From Fibrobacterales bacterium (GTDB lineage Bacteria; Fibrobacterota; Fibrobacteria; Fibrobacterales; JAOPTW01), in NCBI GenBank assembly GCA_051532035.1, contig JAOPTW010000013.1:320001-384000 (forward strand): DNA of 64,000 bases. Reading direction: 5' to 3'. The translations under genes and the position numbers were made by a program. Numbering within the stretch: position 1 is the stretch's first letter; every line of letters begins with the position of its first letter. Under the pieces are notes generated by a model. It saw nothing but the letters and a program-made list of their open reading frames with translations. It did not search any database and was not told the DNA's origin. This document shows, in pieces, positions 39,011 to 52,200 of this stretch.

Positions 39011-42000
39011 TTAAGGATTCTCAAGAGTTAGGTTATATTTTTTAGCAAAGAGCACTATCTCTTTTGCCACAGAATCAGTATCAAACAGTTCTACATAGTG
39101 TGCTATTTTTTGATACTGATACTCTGTGGGCTTCAGTTTTTTTACCAACTCTTTATTGAGAGTAACAACCTTCCCCATATCTATATCTAGACTATGATAA
39201 AGGCTATTCAGCATCGACGCAAGTTCAACAGTACTCATCGAAACCTTCTCTGCGATCATTTCAGTATTAACTTCTGGAATAGCATTTGCTATCCCATTCA
39301 TTGTCTCTTCAAGTTTATTTTTAAACATATTGAGAAGAGGTTCAAAATCACTCTCCGGATCACTTTCAACCAAATCATATATTTTTTCGCCCATTTCATG
39401 TAATGCATCTGCCCCAATGTTTCCTGAAACGCCCATGAGGGAATGACTGATAAACAAAGCATGCTTAAAATCTCTACGATTAATACAGTCTGCTATTTCA
39501 TTATGTGACGTTTTATATTTTTCGACAAATGCTAACAGAAGTTTTTTATACAGCTTAACATTACCCCTAACCCTTCTCAATGCATCATGCATATTAATAC
39601 CGGGTATATCAGGAATCTCTTGTTCTATTTCCAGGGGAACGAGATCTGTTTCTCCAGTTAAATCAGACGAAACATGCCTGGATATTACCTTGAAAACTTC
39701 GGATGGGTTAATCGGCTTTGAGATATATCCATTCATCCCATTACTTATTACTGACGCCTCCACTCCACTCATCGCATCAGCGGTCATTGCGATAATTGGC
39801 AGTTCTTCCTTAGTATATTTCCTCCTGATTATCCGAGTGGCTTCCACTCCCCCCATTTCCGGCATCTGGAGATCCATAAGAACTACATCGTATGCCCCTT
39901 CAGCCAGGAGTACCATTTCATGGGCAACTCTACCGTTACCGGCGACCTCAACATGTGCCCCTTCACCCTGCAGCAGTTCGCAAGCAATTTGCTGATTCAT
40001 TTCATTATCTTCAACTAACAGTATTTTACAGTTCTGTATCCCTCTAAAATCCTGTTCAGAGTATCCCTCACTATTTTTCTTCTGGATAGGCTTTCTCCTC
40101 GCTCCAAAAATGCTGCAAATGGAGTCGACCAATAATGAAAGGAAAACCGGCTTAAGTATAAATCCATCAATATTGAGATCTGCAATAGTATCTATAAATT
40201 CATCAGCACCATATCCCGTTGCCATCAAAAATTTCGGGCCATTAATTATCCGGGTATTTTTCTGAATACTTTTAATGGTATCAACTCCATTACCATCCGG
40301 CATTATCCAATCCATAATAACCAGATCAAACGGCTGATCAGAATTTGAGATTTGGCGTTCTATCTCTTTAAGAGCTTGATTTCCAGAGTCTGCTTCAACT
40401 ATATTTTTAGTAAAACTAGATAAATACCCTCTGATAACTTCTCTGGCTGTCGCATTGTCGTCTACTATGAGCACGCGTAAATCGTTCAACACACTGGGGA
40501 GCACATCACGTTTATCCGTTCCATCATCAATACATTCAAAAGGGAGCGTAAAATAGAAAGTACTGCCTTTGCCAAAGACACTTTCAACCCCTATAGTTCC
40601 ATCCATAAGTTCACACAATTGCTTGCTAATCGTGAGCCCAAGGCCCGTACCACCATAATGTCGAGTTGTAGAGGTGTCGGCTTGGGTAAATGCACTGAAC
40701 AATTTTTCCAGTTGTACTTCTTTTAAGCCAATACCGGTATCTTGAACATGAAACTCGATCTCGACCTGTGAACGGTTACTTTTTACTCTTTCCATTTGAA
40801 CATATACTTCACCCTGATCGGTAAATTTTATAGCATTATTTACGAGGTTCAAGAGCACCTGTCCCAACCGAAGAGGGTCCCCTATAAGGGTATCCGGGAT
40901 ATCTTTCGAAATATCGAAAATAAGCTCAACCCCTTTTTCCTGAGCTTTTAAACTTGTTGCATCACCAAGTGTGGCCATTACCTCCGAAAGTTTAAATTCC
41001 ACTTTTTCAATAGTAAGTTTACCTGCCTCTATTTTACTGAAGTCAAGGATATCATTTAATATTACTAAAAGGTTTTTTGATGCTGCCTGTATTTTCTTAG
41101 TATAGTCCTCTTGCTTTTCATTCTGTTCTGTTTTTTGCATCAGGTAGCTCATTCCAATTATGGCATTCATTGGAGTACGTATCTCATGACTCATATTTGC
41201 CAGAAAATCACTTTTCGCCTGAGTAGCTTGCTCTGCCCTGTTTTTTGCATCAAGGAGTTCAGCTTCCATAATTTTTCTCTCAGTGATGTCCTCTTTAACG
41301 GCAATAAAATTGGTCACCTTTCCACTTTCATTTTTCACTGGTGATATCGTTGCTGACTCCCAAAAAAACTCACCATCTTTTCTTTTATTTTCAAATTCAC
41401 CGGCCCATACCTCCCCTGAAAAAATAGTATCCCACAGCTGCTTATAAAACGCATTTGTATGTGTTCCTGATTGAAGTATTCGAGGATTCTGACCAAGTAT
41501 TTCATCCATTTCATACCCGGTAATATTCAGAAAAGACTGATTTGCATATTCAATTTCACCTCTTCTGTTTGTAATAATTACAGAGACGTGGCTCTGCTCA
41601 ATAGCCAGAGATAATTTGTGTACTTCAACTGTAGATTTCTGTAGTTCTGCAAGAGCAGTCTGTGTTTTCTTCTTTTGAATATTAGTATCCTGCAAAATAC
41701 TCATTGCAGCCTTTTGTGACTTATCGAGTTCTCTATTAGACTGCTCAATCGCATTTTGCCGAGTCCGCAAAATATTCTCAACCGTTTTTTCATGGGTAAT
41801 GTCATGAATGGTATATACGTCCAGCTTTTGATTAATTACCGTCAAATGAGTCATTGTCAATTTAACAGAGAATGTTTCACCCTTTTTTTTTCTACTTACA
41901 CATTCAAAAGCCCTTGTTTTAACTTCTTCACCTCCAGGATGGGTATCCGATATTTCCATTTCTCTCTCTCTACTATAAAGCGGTATATCAAATAGAGTAT

Positions 42001-43306
42001 TGAAATCGAGACCACTCAATTCATTTTGCCTGTATTGATACAAAAGTGAACTGGCACTATTGGCAATTTGTACGTAGCCCTCAGCATTACATACGATAAT
42101 TGGGTCAACAATATTCAGTATTGATTCAAGGTAATGCTCCTGTTCCAGAATACGTTTGTTAAATCGAATGTTATATAACTGAGTCCAAATATAGAGTAAT
42201 ACTGACAAAAGTATAATCGCGCCTACCAGCAGTATGATTACAAGCCGTGCTTTTGTATAAGCTTTCAATGCTTCAACTTCATCGATCTCTGTAATAAAGC
42301 CAACACCGAGATTTTCATCCCACATCCATGCCCCAAACACATACGCCCCTCGATAATCGCGGTAACTCTGTATGCTCCACCCTGATTTTTCAAGAGTTAT
42401 TTCCAGAGCTGCACGAGTCAATGGATGCAACTCAATTTTAATTTCGCCCGTTTCATTTTTCTGTATGTTAATTCCAGGTTCGCTAATCCGTATGTTGAGC
42501 AGGCTATTCTGATTTTTATTCAATAATCCCTTACGGTATAGCTCATCATCAAACCTACTCTCGGTAAGAAGTAACCCTTTTTTATTAATGATATACGTTT
42601 CGCCGGTCTGACCAATACGACTGTTAGTGGTAATATCGCTGAACTCATGAAAGGGATTAAATCGAATACAGAGAGCGGCAACTACCTTTGAACCATCTTT
42701 AATAGGTACTGCTAAAAACATTGTAGGGTAATCCTTTTCCATTTCGCCTTTCTCATTCATCAGTAGTACTTCTGAAGGCATAGGAGGGATCAATTGATTT
42801 TCACCTAAAAACACTTTATTTAATCTATCGGAGTAGATCCTCGAAATCACATTTATCATACCCATGTTATTATCACGCATTGACGCAATATTTATCATAC
42901 CTGATGAAACAATAAATATCCCCTGTGCACCGTACACATCAATTTTAGCTTCAAAATAATGACGTATATTTCCAAGAGCTTTTTGTTTTGCATATAAGCC
43001 TCCCCCATTACCTGAATCCAATAGTATTTTAGTATTGGATGTAATCTCCAGGTCTTTAGCCCATGCTTCAGCATTAGCAAAACGAATATCTGCCCAGGTT
43101 TTATTGATATTCTGATTTGTCGCCCACAATACTCCCTTGAGTGATTCAGCAGTGTTTTCTCGAACATCTTTCTCAATGTAGCCCAACCCTATGAAAGCAG
43201 CAATAAAGGAACTCATTATAAAAAAAAGTAATATGAAGATATTATTTCTATTATGTAAGTTTGAACTGCTTATTTCAAGCGTCCCTTTACGGCCAGTAAC
43301 TGTCAT
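39011..43306 (-). CDS. Hybrid sensor histidine kinase (TM-Cache-TM, 2 PAS, HisKA, HATPase, 2 REC, HPt)
   Basis: FLANMSHEIRTPMN, NAIKFT, GGTGLGL, two REC domains, SHSLMGVSGNIGA (HPt). Confidence 0.95.
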   Translation of the reverse strand: MTVTGRKGTLEISSSNLHNRNNIFILLFFIMSSFIAAFIGLGYIEKDVRENTAESLKGVLWATNQNINKTWADIRFANAEAWAKDLEITSNTKILLDSGNGGGLYAKQKALGNIRHYFEAKIDVYGAQGIFIVSSGMINIASMRDNNMGMINVISRIYSDRLNKVFLGENQLIPPMPSEVLLMNEKGEMEKDYPTMFLAVPIKDGSKVVAALCIRFNPFHEFSDITTNSRIGQTGETYIINKKGLLLTESRFDDELYRKGLLNKNQNSLLNIRISEPGINIQKNETGEIKIELHPLTRAALEITLEKSGWSIQSYRDYRGAYVFGAWMWDENLGVGFITEIDEVEALKAYTKARLVIILLVGAIILLSVLLYIWTQLYNIRFNKRILEQEHYLESILNIVDPIIVCNAEGYVQIANSASSLLYQYRQNELSGLDFNTLFDIPLYSREREMEISDTHPGGEEVKTRAFECVSRKKKGETFSVKLTMTHLTVINQKLDVYTIHDITHEKTVENILRTRQNAIEQSNRELDKSQKAAMSILQDTNIQKKKTQTALAELQKSTVEVHKLSLAIEQSHVSVIITNRRGEIEYANQSFLNITGYEMDEILGQNPRILQSGTHTNAFYKQLWDTIFSGEVWAGEFENKRKDGEFFWESATISPVKNESGKVTNFIAVKEDITERKIMEAELLDAKNRAEQATQAKSDFLANMSHEIRTPMNAIIGMSYLMQKTEQNEKQEDYTKKIQAASKNLLVILNDILDFSKIEAGKLTIEKVEFKLSEVMATLGDATSLKAQEKGVELIFDISKDIPDTLIGDPLRLGQVLLNLVNNAIKFTDQGEVYVQMERVKSNRSQVEIEFHVQDTGIGLKEVQLEKLFSAFTQADTSTTRHYGGTGLGLTISKQLCELMDGTIGVESVFGKGSTFYFTLPFECIDDGTDKRDVLPSVLNDLRVLIVDDNATAREVIRGYLSSFTKNIVEADSGNQALKEIERQISNSDQPFDLVIMDWIMPDGNGVDTIKSIQKNTRIINGPKFLMATGYGADEFIDTIADLNIDGFILKPVFLSLLVDSICSIFGARRKPIQKKNSEGYSEQDFRGIQNCKILLVEDNEMNQQIACELLQGEGAHVEVAGNGRVAHEMVLLAEGAYDVVLMDLQMPEMGGVEATRIIRRKYTKEELPIIAMTADAMSGVEASVISNGMNGYISKPINPSEVFKVISRHVSSDLTGETDLVPLEIEQEIPDIPGINMHDALRRVRGNVKLYKKLLLAFVEKYKTSHNEIADCINRRDFKHALFISHSLMGVSGNIGADALHEMGEKIYDLVESDPESDFEPLLNMFKNKLEETMNGIANAIPEVNTEMIAEKVSMSTVELASMLNSLYHSLDIDMGKVVTLNKELVKKLKPTEYQYQKIAHYVELFDTDSVAKEIVLFAKKYNLTLENP

Positions 43307-44379
43307 TATACACTTTCTCCGCTACCCTTATCCAACTCCCGTTCGTTATCCCAAACTGGTGGATAGGGCAATTCACGGTTTAATTCTTCAGCTAATTGAT
43401 TCACTTCCGTCTTTAATTCAATATAGCGCATTTCACGCCCAATCATCGTCTCATTAAAATGTTCTAGTTCATCTTTTTGATTCTGCAATTCATTATTAAT
43501 CTTCTCTAATTGCTTCTGAGCATGTTTAACATCACTAATATCAATCCCAACACCTACCAGATAACTGTCATTGTGAATAGTGACCCTGCTCCCTGTTAGA
43601 TAAAAAGGAACCTCAGTGAGATCATGTGAAATAACATTCGCCTCCAATGCAGCATACCCTTCTGTGAAAGCACGCTCAATCGCCTGAGTAACTGCTTTTC
43701 TATCTTTTTCAGAAATAGATTCTATAGCACGGATTGATTTCATTTTTTCATCACCCAATCCTATAAGCTTCTGATAATTTTCATTCCACCTTAACAGTTT
43801 CCCTTCCGGGGTAAATGCATAAAATATGCCCGGTAGACTATTGATTACTTTGTCAGTAAAAAACTTCTCTGCTTCAATTTCACCCGTTCTTTTTAGTACC
43901 CGTTTTTCAAGCTCACTATTCAGTTTTAAAGTATCTTTTTTATTTGCAAGTTCTTTTTGATATGTATATAGCCTGATATGCGTATAAACTCTGGCTATTA
44001 CTTCCTCTGCTACATAGGGCAATGATATATAGTCCTGGCCACCTGCTTTAAATGCCGCAACTTTATTAGATGTCTCTGATACTGCGCTGATAAAAAGTAC
44101 GGGAACCATTGCGCTCCGTGGCTCTGATTTTAATCGACGACAGATTTCATATCCATCAATACCTGTCAATTGAACATCTAATAGTATTAAATCCGGCACC
44201 GCTTCTGCAACACTACTCAACACCTGCTCGCCTGATGTCGCGATACGAATTTTATAGTTTTCTGTTTGTAACAGGTGTGATACTACACGAATATTTTCTG
44301 GATTACTATCGGCAACCAGAATAGTACAAGTATTGTTCTCTTTAATGTTACCATTTTTGGCACTTACATCAATACTCAT
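43306..44379 (-). CDS. Response regulator REC-PAS-coiled coil with no enzymatic output domain
   Basis: REC with PDLILLD; PAS INSLPGIFY...GIDIS; tail MIGREMRYIELK. Its stop overlaps the start of the hybrid kinase. Confidence 0.85.
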   Translation of the reverse strand: MSIDVSAKNGNIKENNTCTILVADSNPENIRVVSHLLQTENYKIRIATSGEQVLSSVAEAVPDLILLDVQLTGIDGYEICRRLKSEPRSAMVPVLFISAVSETSNKVAAFKAGGQDYISLPYVAEEVIARVYTHIRLYTYQKELANKKDTLKLNSELEKRVLKRTGEIEAEKFFTDKVINSLPGIFYAFTPEGKLLRWNENYQKLIGLGDEKMKSIRAIESISEKDRKAVTQAIERAFTEGYAALEANVISHDLTEVPFYLTGSRVTIHNDSYLVGVGIDISDVKHAQKQLEKINNELQNQKDELEHFNETMIGREMRYIELKTEVNQLAEELNRELPYPPVWDNERELDKGSGESV

Positions 44380-44765
44380 TAGATTCCTGATTGAGGAGTT
44401 AAAATCAACTCAATATTTGATTTTAGGATTCCTCATCTGCTTCCATTTATTGTATGATATATTGCTAAAAAAAGCACTAATATGGTGCCTATATGCAATT
44501 CTGGGCACTATTCATGATAATAATACCGTTTCCGATCACTTTTTAATGAAATTGGGCAGGTTTGATAGAGCACTGATACAACAAGAAGTATCTGCTCACG
44601 GCGACTACAGACTTTAGAGAGGATATTACAAGTCATCCAAAGAATCTAGATAAGGGCAACCACCATATTAACCTTGACCAAATTATTAAATAACAAGATA
44701 ATTTATAAGAGTATTATCTCGGTGTATATAGTTTACTCGAATATCACTTTTAGGAGCGTTACTCT

Positions 44766-46190
44766 ATGATGGAGCAAGAAAAATTACTCGAACAAAAGTT
44801 GGGAGAATTAGAAACTGCCCGAAAATGGAGCCCCCGACTCATTGCTAAATTAGAAGCACTTATCAGGTCAGATGAACCCTGGGAAAATTACAGAGTTAAT
44901 CCATTGGAGTTTGCATTTTCACGAAACCTTGACGAAAATGAAGTCATTGACCTATTTCTGTATGCCTCGAAAATTGGCATTTATGTATTAGAATGGCGAA
45001 TGGTTTGCCCGCACTGCGGAGATACGGTCAATAGTTTTAGTAGTCTTTCAAATTTAGAATCAGATTGTGTTTGTTCGTTGTGCTCTCTTTCTACCAAAGC
45101 ACATCTTGATGATTACGTACAAATTTCATTTAGTTTATCTTCAACTATTAAAGCATTGCCCTTTCATTCGCCTTCAACCTTATCGATAGATGATTTTTAC
45201 TTTCGGTATCGCCTTGATGGAAGTGCCCAAGTCCCGGGTGGTTTAGGGTTAAAGCGTGAACTTATTAAATCAGCGTTACTAGAAAACTTTTATTTAGAGT
45301 CGAATACTCAAAAAGACGTTTCTTTTAACATTAAGCCAGGTACCTTAATGGGTTACGATATGACAACCGGTAATGGATTTGTGTATTCCATAGAAGGGAC
45401 GAGTACTGAAGAGCAAAATGCATCTGCCACCCTACAACAATCAAAGTGGATAACCACGCCTAATAATGTACATGCAGGAAATATTAGTCTATCAATTAAA
45501 AATGAAGGCTCGGTAAAAGCAGCCTTTGCCTTAATGTGGTTACCTGAGGATTATAGCCATACTATATTGACGTATGAACGACGCCTTACAGGCAACCGAA
45601 TTCTAAATACTCAGGCGTTTCGCAGCCTGTATCGTACCGAAATACTTGGTACCACTGAAGGAATAGGAGTACGTGATTTAACGTTGCTTTTCACGGATAT
45701 AAAAGGGTCCACTGAAATGTACGATAAGATTGGTGACCTCAAAGCCTTTGCACTTGTTCAACAACATTTTGAGCATTTAAATTTAGCAATAAACAACAAT
45801 CACGGGGCAATGATAAAAACAATCGGTGATGCCGTAATGGCAACGTTTGATAAGCCTGCAGATGCTATGAAGGCAAGCTTAGAGATGCTCCAAAAAATTG
45901 TGGCATATAATAAAGAAATTTCAGACGGTGAAATAATTTTGAAGATTGGAATTCACAGAGGGGCTTCAATAGTGGTCACCCTCAATGACCGATTAGATTA
46001 TTTTGGACAGACCGTAAATGTAGCTGCGCGTGTTCAAGCCCTAGCCGATGGAGGAGAAATATGTTTGACTGATAGCTTTTACAATGCTCCAGGCGTTATC
46101 GAAACCCTTAGTGGGTATACCATTGTCGCCGAAAAAGCAAACTTAAAAGGGGTGAGCGAAACAATGGATATCTACCGCATATCAACGTAA
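44766..46190 (+). CDS. Class III adenylate/guanylate cyclase with DUF5939-like N-terminal domain
   Basis: W..VCPHCG...C..C N-terminal domain; FTDIKGST, IKTIGDAVM, LDYFGQTVNVAARVQ. Lys and Asp at the specificity positions suggest ATP as substrate. Confidence 0.9.
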   Translation: MMEQEKLLEQKLGELETARKWSPRLIAKLEALIRSDEPWENYRVNPLEFAFSRNLDENEVIDLFLYASKIGIYVLEWRMVCPHCGDTVNSFSSLSNLESDCVCSLCSLSTKAHLDDYVQISFSLSSTIKALPFHSPSTLSIDDFYFRYRLDGSAQVPGGLGLKRELIKSALLENFYLESNTQKDVSFNIKPGTLMGYDMTTGNGFVYSIEGTSTEEQNASATLQQSKWITTPNNVHAGNISLSIKNEGSVKAAFALMWLPEDYSHTILTYERRLTGNRILNTQAFRSLYRTEILGTTEGIGVRDLTLLFTDIKGSTEMYDKIGDLKAFALVQQHFEHLNLAINNNHGAMIKTIGDAVMATFDKPADAMKASLEMLQKIVAYNKEISDGEIILKIGIHRGASIVVTLNDRLDYFGQTVNVAARVQALADGGEICLTDSFYNAPGVIETLSGYTIVAEKANLKGVSETMDIYRIST

Positions 46191-46217
46191 TCTGCATTTG
46201 GATACGAAATATGCAGA
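46191..46217. terminator. Hairpin between the convergent cyclase and kinase genes
   Basis: Stem TCTGCAT / ATGCAGA. Confidence 0.35.
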
Positions 46218-46259
46218 GTGTCTATGTGTAGTTTATTATCGAAGTTTCGAAAAAGGGCA

Positions 46260-49200
46260 TTAATTGTCCCCAGTTATTCTCATAACTTTAGACAACAGTT
46301 TGCTCAGTTCATCTTCCCTGAATGGTTTTTGGATAAATCCTGCCAAACCTGCCTCATTAAGTTCACTTAAATTTTCGTCTTTTGTAAAACCCGATGAAAT
46401 GATTACTTTGCAATGAGTATCAATTTCTTTCATCTTAATAAATGTTTCCCTACCATTCATTTCGGGCATAATCATATCCATAATCACCAAATCAATTTCC
46501 TGATACTGTTGTTTGAATATCTCTAACGCTTCTAATCCATTCTCAGCAAGGATGACTTTGTACCCCATATCTTCAAGAGAATATTTGCCCGTTACACGAA
46601 TAAATTCTTCATCATCTACAAATAAAACTTGGCCGACGCCTTTTGATACAGGCTCAATTTTGCCGGCTATTTTTACCGTATCAGCTACACAAGGGAGGTA
46701 AATATGAAACACTGTTCCCTCTCCAATTTCACTACAAACATTTATCGCCCCATTATGATCTTGAATTGTTCCATAAACTGATGCCAACCCTAAACCAGTT
46801 CCTTCACCTTGCTTTTTGGTTGTGAAAAAAGGTTCGAATATCTTACTAATATTTTCGGGAGTAATTCCACAGCCAGTATCTCTAATGTCTATTTCAATAT
46901 AATCTCCCTCCTCAATTTTAAATGGACTCGAATTGCAAAACATTTCATTCAAATAAATATTTCTCGTTTCGATTACTAATTCCCCGCCATTAGCCATTGC
47001 ATGCGAAGCATTTATTCCAAGATTTAAAATTGAGTTTTGCATAGCTGAGTCATCACCTGTCACCATTGGGTTTTCTGCATTTTTTGAAAGAGAAATAGTT
47101 ATTTTTTTGTCAATCGTCTGATTGAAGATTGAAACGGTGTCATCAATAATTCGATGAATATCTATTGATGTAGAAATGATTTTACCTTTTCTACCAAATG
47201 CCAACAATTTCCCCGTTAAATCTGCAGCTCTATTTGAGGCATTGATAATCATTTCCACAAACTCCAAGCTCTTCTGGTCAAGGTTACGTTTTGGATTTAG
47301 AAGCAATTGAGCTGCACCAATTATGCCGGCAAGCATATTATTAAAGTCATGAGCAACTCCTCCAGCCAACTGACCAATCGCATCCATTTTTCTCGCTTGG
47401 TTTAATTGTTGTTCTACTTCATACTCTTTTGTCACATCGTCAATGCGAATCACTGCACCTTCAACACCTTGGGTTATGAGTGGGTAGATTGTGATATCTT
47501 CACAGTACGTTTCCCCTTTCTCAATATGTACCTGTTTTAGGTTTGATTGCACCTTGCGTGTTTGAAATGCAAGGTCGATACGCTCTACTTCACTTATAAG
47601 ACTAGGGAAAACCTCTATAAGTGGTTTGTTTAATGCATTTTCTGTAGCGATTCCTGTTTTTTGTTCAGCAGTATTGTTCCATTGGGTTATGTTGCTATCA
47701 CTATCAATACCTATGAGTATAGAAGGCATTGAGTCGATAATGTTAGCAAGATAGTTTCGCAAGTTTTGTAATTCTACCTCCTGCTTTTTACGCTCTGTGA
47801 TATCGAGTACCTGCACTCCAATATTATTTTCACCCATGTTGAAGACTGCTATTTCATACCACCCAGAGAACCGGTCATCACTATAATGACTCTCGTAGAT
47901 TTGTGTCTTAAGTTCTCCACGAGCTACAGCCCTATACAAATCTGGTATATCAGTGCTTACCAGCTCTGGAAAAGCCTCTTCAATAGACTTGCCAATAAGG
48001 AACGACGAATCTATACCTGTCATCTTCTCTGCTGCTGGATTGATTTGTGTCAAGACAAGGCGATTGTCCTCTTTCAGGTGATAGATATCAACTGCTAAAG
48101 GTGTCGCTTCAAACATTGCGCGAAATCGTTGTTCGCTCTTTTTGAGATCTTCTTGAGTTGCAATAAGTTCTATTTCTGCTTGTTTGCGTTCGGTGATATC
48201 AATCGACAAACCGAGTAAGCCAATGATTTCACCTGAAGAATTTTTATGCGGAGTAAACCAATTGTTGAAGTAGACACCACCAACCTTATGCTCCACAGCC
48301 AGACTTTCTCCCTTGAGGGCCGTCTTCAAATCGAGCACCATCTCAGGATAATCTTTATAAATATCGAAGACCGATCCACCTACAACCTCTCCTGGTTTTA
48401 AACCTAACTTCGAAAGTCCTTTGCCTTCAGAAAGCTGAAATATTCCATTCTTATCAATCATGTAGATTATTTCTTCATTATTTGTAACAAGAGTTTTAAA
48501 CTTTGCTTCGCTTTCTTTCAGCTCATTTTCTGCCTGTTTGCGTTCGGTGATATCATGTCCCATACTAAATACTTGGCCATTAGGAAGACTGAAGTTCGCC
48601 CACATTACGTTGAGTATCTTTCCATCTTTTGTAACGGGATGCCATTCCCTGAAATTCCCATCTGGATCACTAGTGACTGTGCGAATCACCTCTTCACACA
48701 CAGCAGGATCTGGATAGAATAGCGCCATTGCAACTTCACGCTCGTTGATCTCCTCAATAGTCCAGCCAAAGGTTCTTTTACATTGCTTATTCCAAAATAA
48801 ACATTTTCCATTCTCATCAAATGAGTTAATGAGTACAGGCGCATTTTCGGAAATCTTTCTAAAACGCTCTTCACTTTCGTTTAATGCTTCCTCTGCCTGT
48901 ATGCGCTCAGCAACCTCTTCCATTAATGCTTCAGTATTTTTTTGTTTTTCTTCAAATAAGCGCGCGTTTTCCAACGAAATACCAACCTGAAAGGCAAGGA
49001 GATTGATCACTTGTAACCTATCGGCTGTAAATGCAGCGGTGGTTAGATTGTTTTCTAAATATAAAATGCCGTTTAGTGAACCGTGATTGAGTATGGGTAA
49101 ACCGAGTACAGACTTTGGCAATTTTTTAATAATGTAGGCGTCTTTGGTAAAACCTCCTTCTTGAGTAGCATCAGTCAGCACTACACTTTCCTGGGTACGA

Positions 49201-52200
49201 GAAATATAATTGATAAGCGTGGCTGGAGCCTGTTCACTTTCTTCAATAGGAATCGCCTGCTGGACAGTAACGTTATCAAAATCAAGAGTTCCTTCTGCTT
49301 CTATCAGCCATTCACCATCTTTTTCAAGTATCAGCAACCCCCGTGTAGCTCCTGCATTTTCAATCACGATATGCATTATTTTTTTTAATAAGCTACTCAG
49401 TACAATTTCCCCGGAAAGGATTTGTGAGGCTTTCATCACGCTTTCCAGATCTAACTGTATTGATGTTGTTTGCTGGTGAGAAGGAGAATCCATCGTGGTA
49501 TCAGGCGGGGAGGAAACAACCGGGACTTCCCTAGCCGAGTTTACTTTGTTATCCAAAAACTGAGGATATTGAGACTCTAAATTCTGAACTTTTACGAGTG
49601 CCCCCCATATTTGATAGCAGCGATGCGCTTCTATTAGATAGGCACGGGCAATTATTTTTCTCTCAATGCTTTGATAATACTTTGATGCCAGTTCACACGC
49701 GAGGGCTTGATACTGGACAAAATTATTTTCAAGCGATGCTTCTATAGCCCTATCATAATAAGACATTATATCTTCGATAGGCGCATTTACAATTCTACCG
49801 TACTCAGCCCTCATTAGTTCGTAAAAGTGCAAGTAGTTTTCAGGGCAATGTTGAGCCCAGGCTTCAAATCGGTTTATATTTTCACTCAGTATTTTTACGT
49901 ATTGTTCTTTATGAGACTCGTCTACCAGATGATAAGTTGAGGAATACGCAATGGATTGATGAAAATAAAAAACGGGATTCAGAAATATCCCCGGTGCTCC
50001 TACCAAATAGTGTTCTGCCTGAAGGGCATACTCATTTGCTTTTTCTGAAGAAAAGAAGTTTGCCAATAATAACCTACAGATAGCATCGACAAAAGGTGTC
50101 AACAGGTCATTCTGAATTCGACATTGTTTTAAAACCTCTTTGGAATGAGGCCAATAATCCTCCGGTACAACACTCCAGTCCTCGACAGGCTCTTTAAGGT
50201 TGTGAATAGATGCACTTACAGCATAAAAGTATTGCACCATATTTTGATCGATTTTACTTAAACCAGGTGTAATTTGATTAACTTTTTCCTCGACCTTATA
50301 GAGTGTGTCGGACCCCAAAAAGGATTGAAACAGAATATTTATTGCACAATAACCTGCCCATTGATAGGAACCATTTTCTATTCCGCTATAATACCCTCTC
50401 AACAAATATTTTTGGGAGATATCAACTGATTTTTTATAGTGGCAAACAAAACTACCCCACATATCTAAAATTAAAGCCTCGTATGCTTTGATTTGGTATT
50501 TGTCATCATTTAATCTTAGCGAAAGCAAGCCAAACTTATATGCAGTGTCATAATCATTTTGAAAAACCACCAGAGTAACTGAAGACAGGAAAATATATCC
50601 GACAGATGAGTGTGGGTTATTTCCATCTCTGAGAGTTATTTCGGTCATACGTACACCGATAATTGCTATTAAATTAGAACCCAAAAAATAAGCAGGAGCA
50701 AAACACTCTCTCAGCAGCGCCATTGCCTGAAGCTTTAAAGGATCGGTCAATTCGGGAAGATGAAACAGGCTATCGGTATCCTTTCCCTGTAACATTTGAT
50801 TACACCGTTTTATTTCCATTTCTACATCTTGAATATCCGGAAATGCTTTAAGTTCGATACCGAGCATACTCAGAGCCTCAACACTAATATTCAGAGAGGT
50901 AGTTAGGTCATTTTTCATGCGGTATAGTGTTGCTTTATATTCGCTAATTTTACACCGTTCGAGCAGGGTGCTGACATGATTAGAAATCTCTTCGAATGTA
51001 GCGAGAGCGTCATCCCACTGAGCATTCAAATATTCAATTTCTCCTTTTTCAAAGTAATAGGATAATGATAACTCATAATTCGTCTCCCATGAATTGTCCG
51101 GAAGAAGTGTCATTCCAGTAATTATAAAATCTAGTGCAGGTCTATATGCTGAAGACAATTTCGCTTTTTTTGCTGCTCTCAGGTTTAATCGACAGACATT
51201 TTCTTTCTCCTCCGAATCAGTAATGAAGTTTTTACCCAGATTAAAATGTCCAACCATCCCTATCAAGGTTTCCCAAATATCATCATCAACTGTGTGCTGG
51301 CGTATAACACGGCCAATCTTGAGGTGAAGCATCTTCTTTTCTTTTTCATTAAGAAAGGAATACGCTGCCTGTTGTACTCTATCATGCAAAAACCGAAACC
51401 GTGCTTCGTGATCACCTTCCGGACTGTGTTTGATCCACTTGTAATCATCTTCAACAGGAATAATTAAGCCATCAAGTACAGCATTCCATAGCGCATCAAA
51501 GACCATGGAACTTGAATGATCATACACCAGTGATAGTAGTTTTAGATTGAACTGACTCCCAAAGCAGGCTGCAAGAGCTAGAATTTGTTGGGTTTCAATA
51601 GGAAGCTGGGAGATTCTATCCACCATCATATCAACAACATTATTAGTGATATCCTGAGATCGAATACGTTGTACATCCCAGCTCCATTCTCTTTTGTCAA
51701 AATCAAATGCTATCAGTTTTTTCCTGACTATGGCTTTCAGAAACATATTAACAAAAAATGGATTGCCCCCAGTTTTTTCATACACAACACTTGCCAAAGA
51801 TTTCGACATTTCAAGACTACTTATTGTAGAATCTGAAATAAGATTATGTACATGGGAATATTCCAATGGAGGAAGAATGATTTTGCTGAAAGAGACTTGA
51901 TTTTGTATAGTATCCAAAATTCTGGGAAGTGGATGAACGTCACTAATTTCATTGTCACGATACGCGCCAATAAAGAGTAAATAGTGAGTATCAGAATCCG
52001 TCATCATCAAGTTGACGAGATTTAACGTTGGGAGATCAGCCCACTGTAGATCATCAAGAAAAATGATGAGTGGATGTTCCTTATCACACAACGCTTTGAA
52101 AAAGTTTAGAAAGCTGAGGTTGAATCTATTTTGCGCTTCAGCGGGGCCAACCTCTGCCACGGCTGGTTGTGCGCCAATTACTAATTCAAGGTCAGGAATT

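Noticed and set aside
48180..48560. Repeated TGTTTGCGTTCGGTGATATC
   Set aside because: It encodes the conserved DITERKQ ends of tandem PAS domains and is not an independent DNA repeat.
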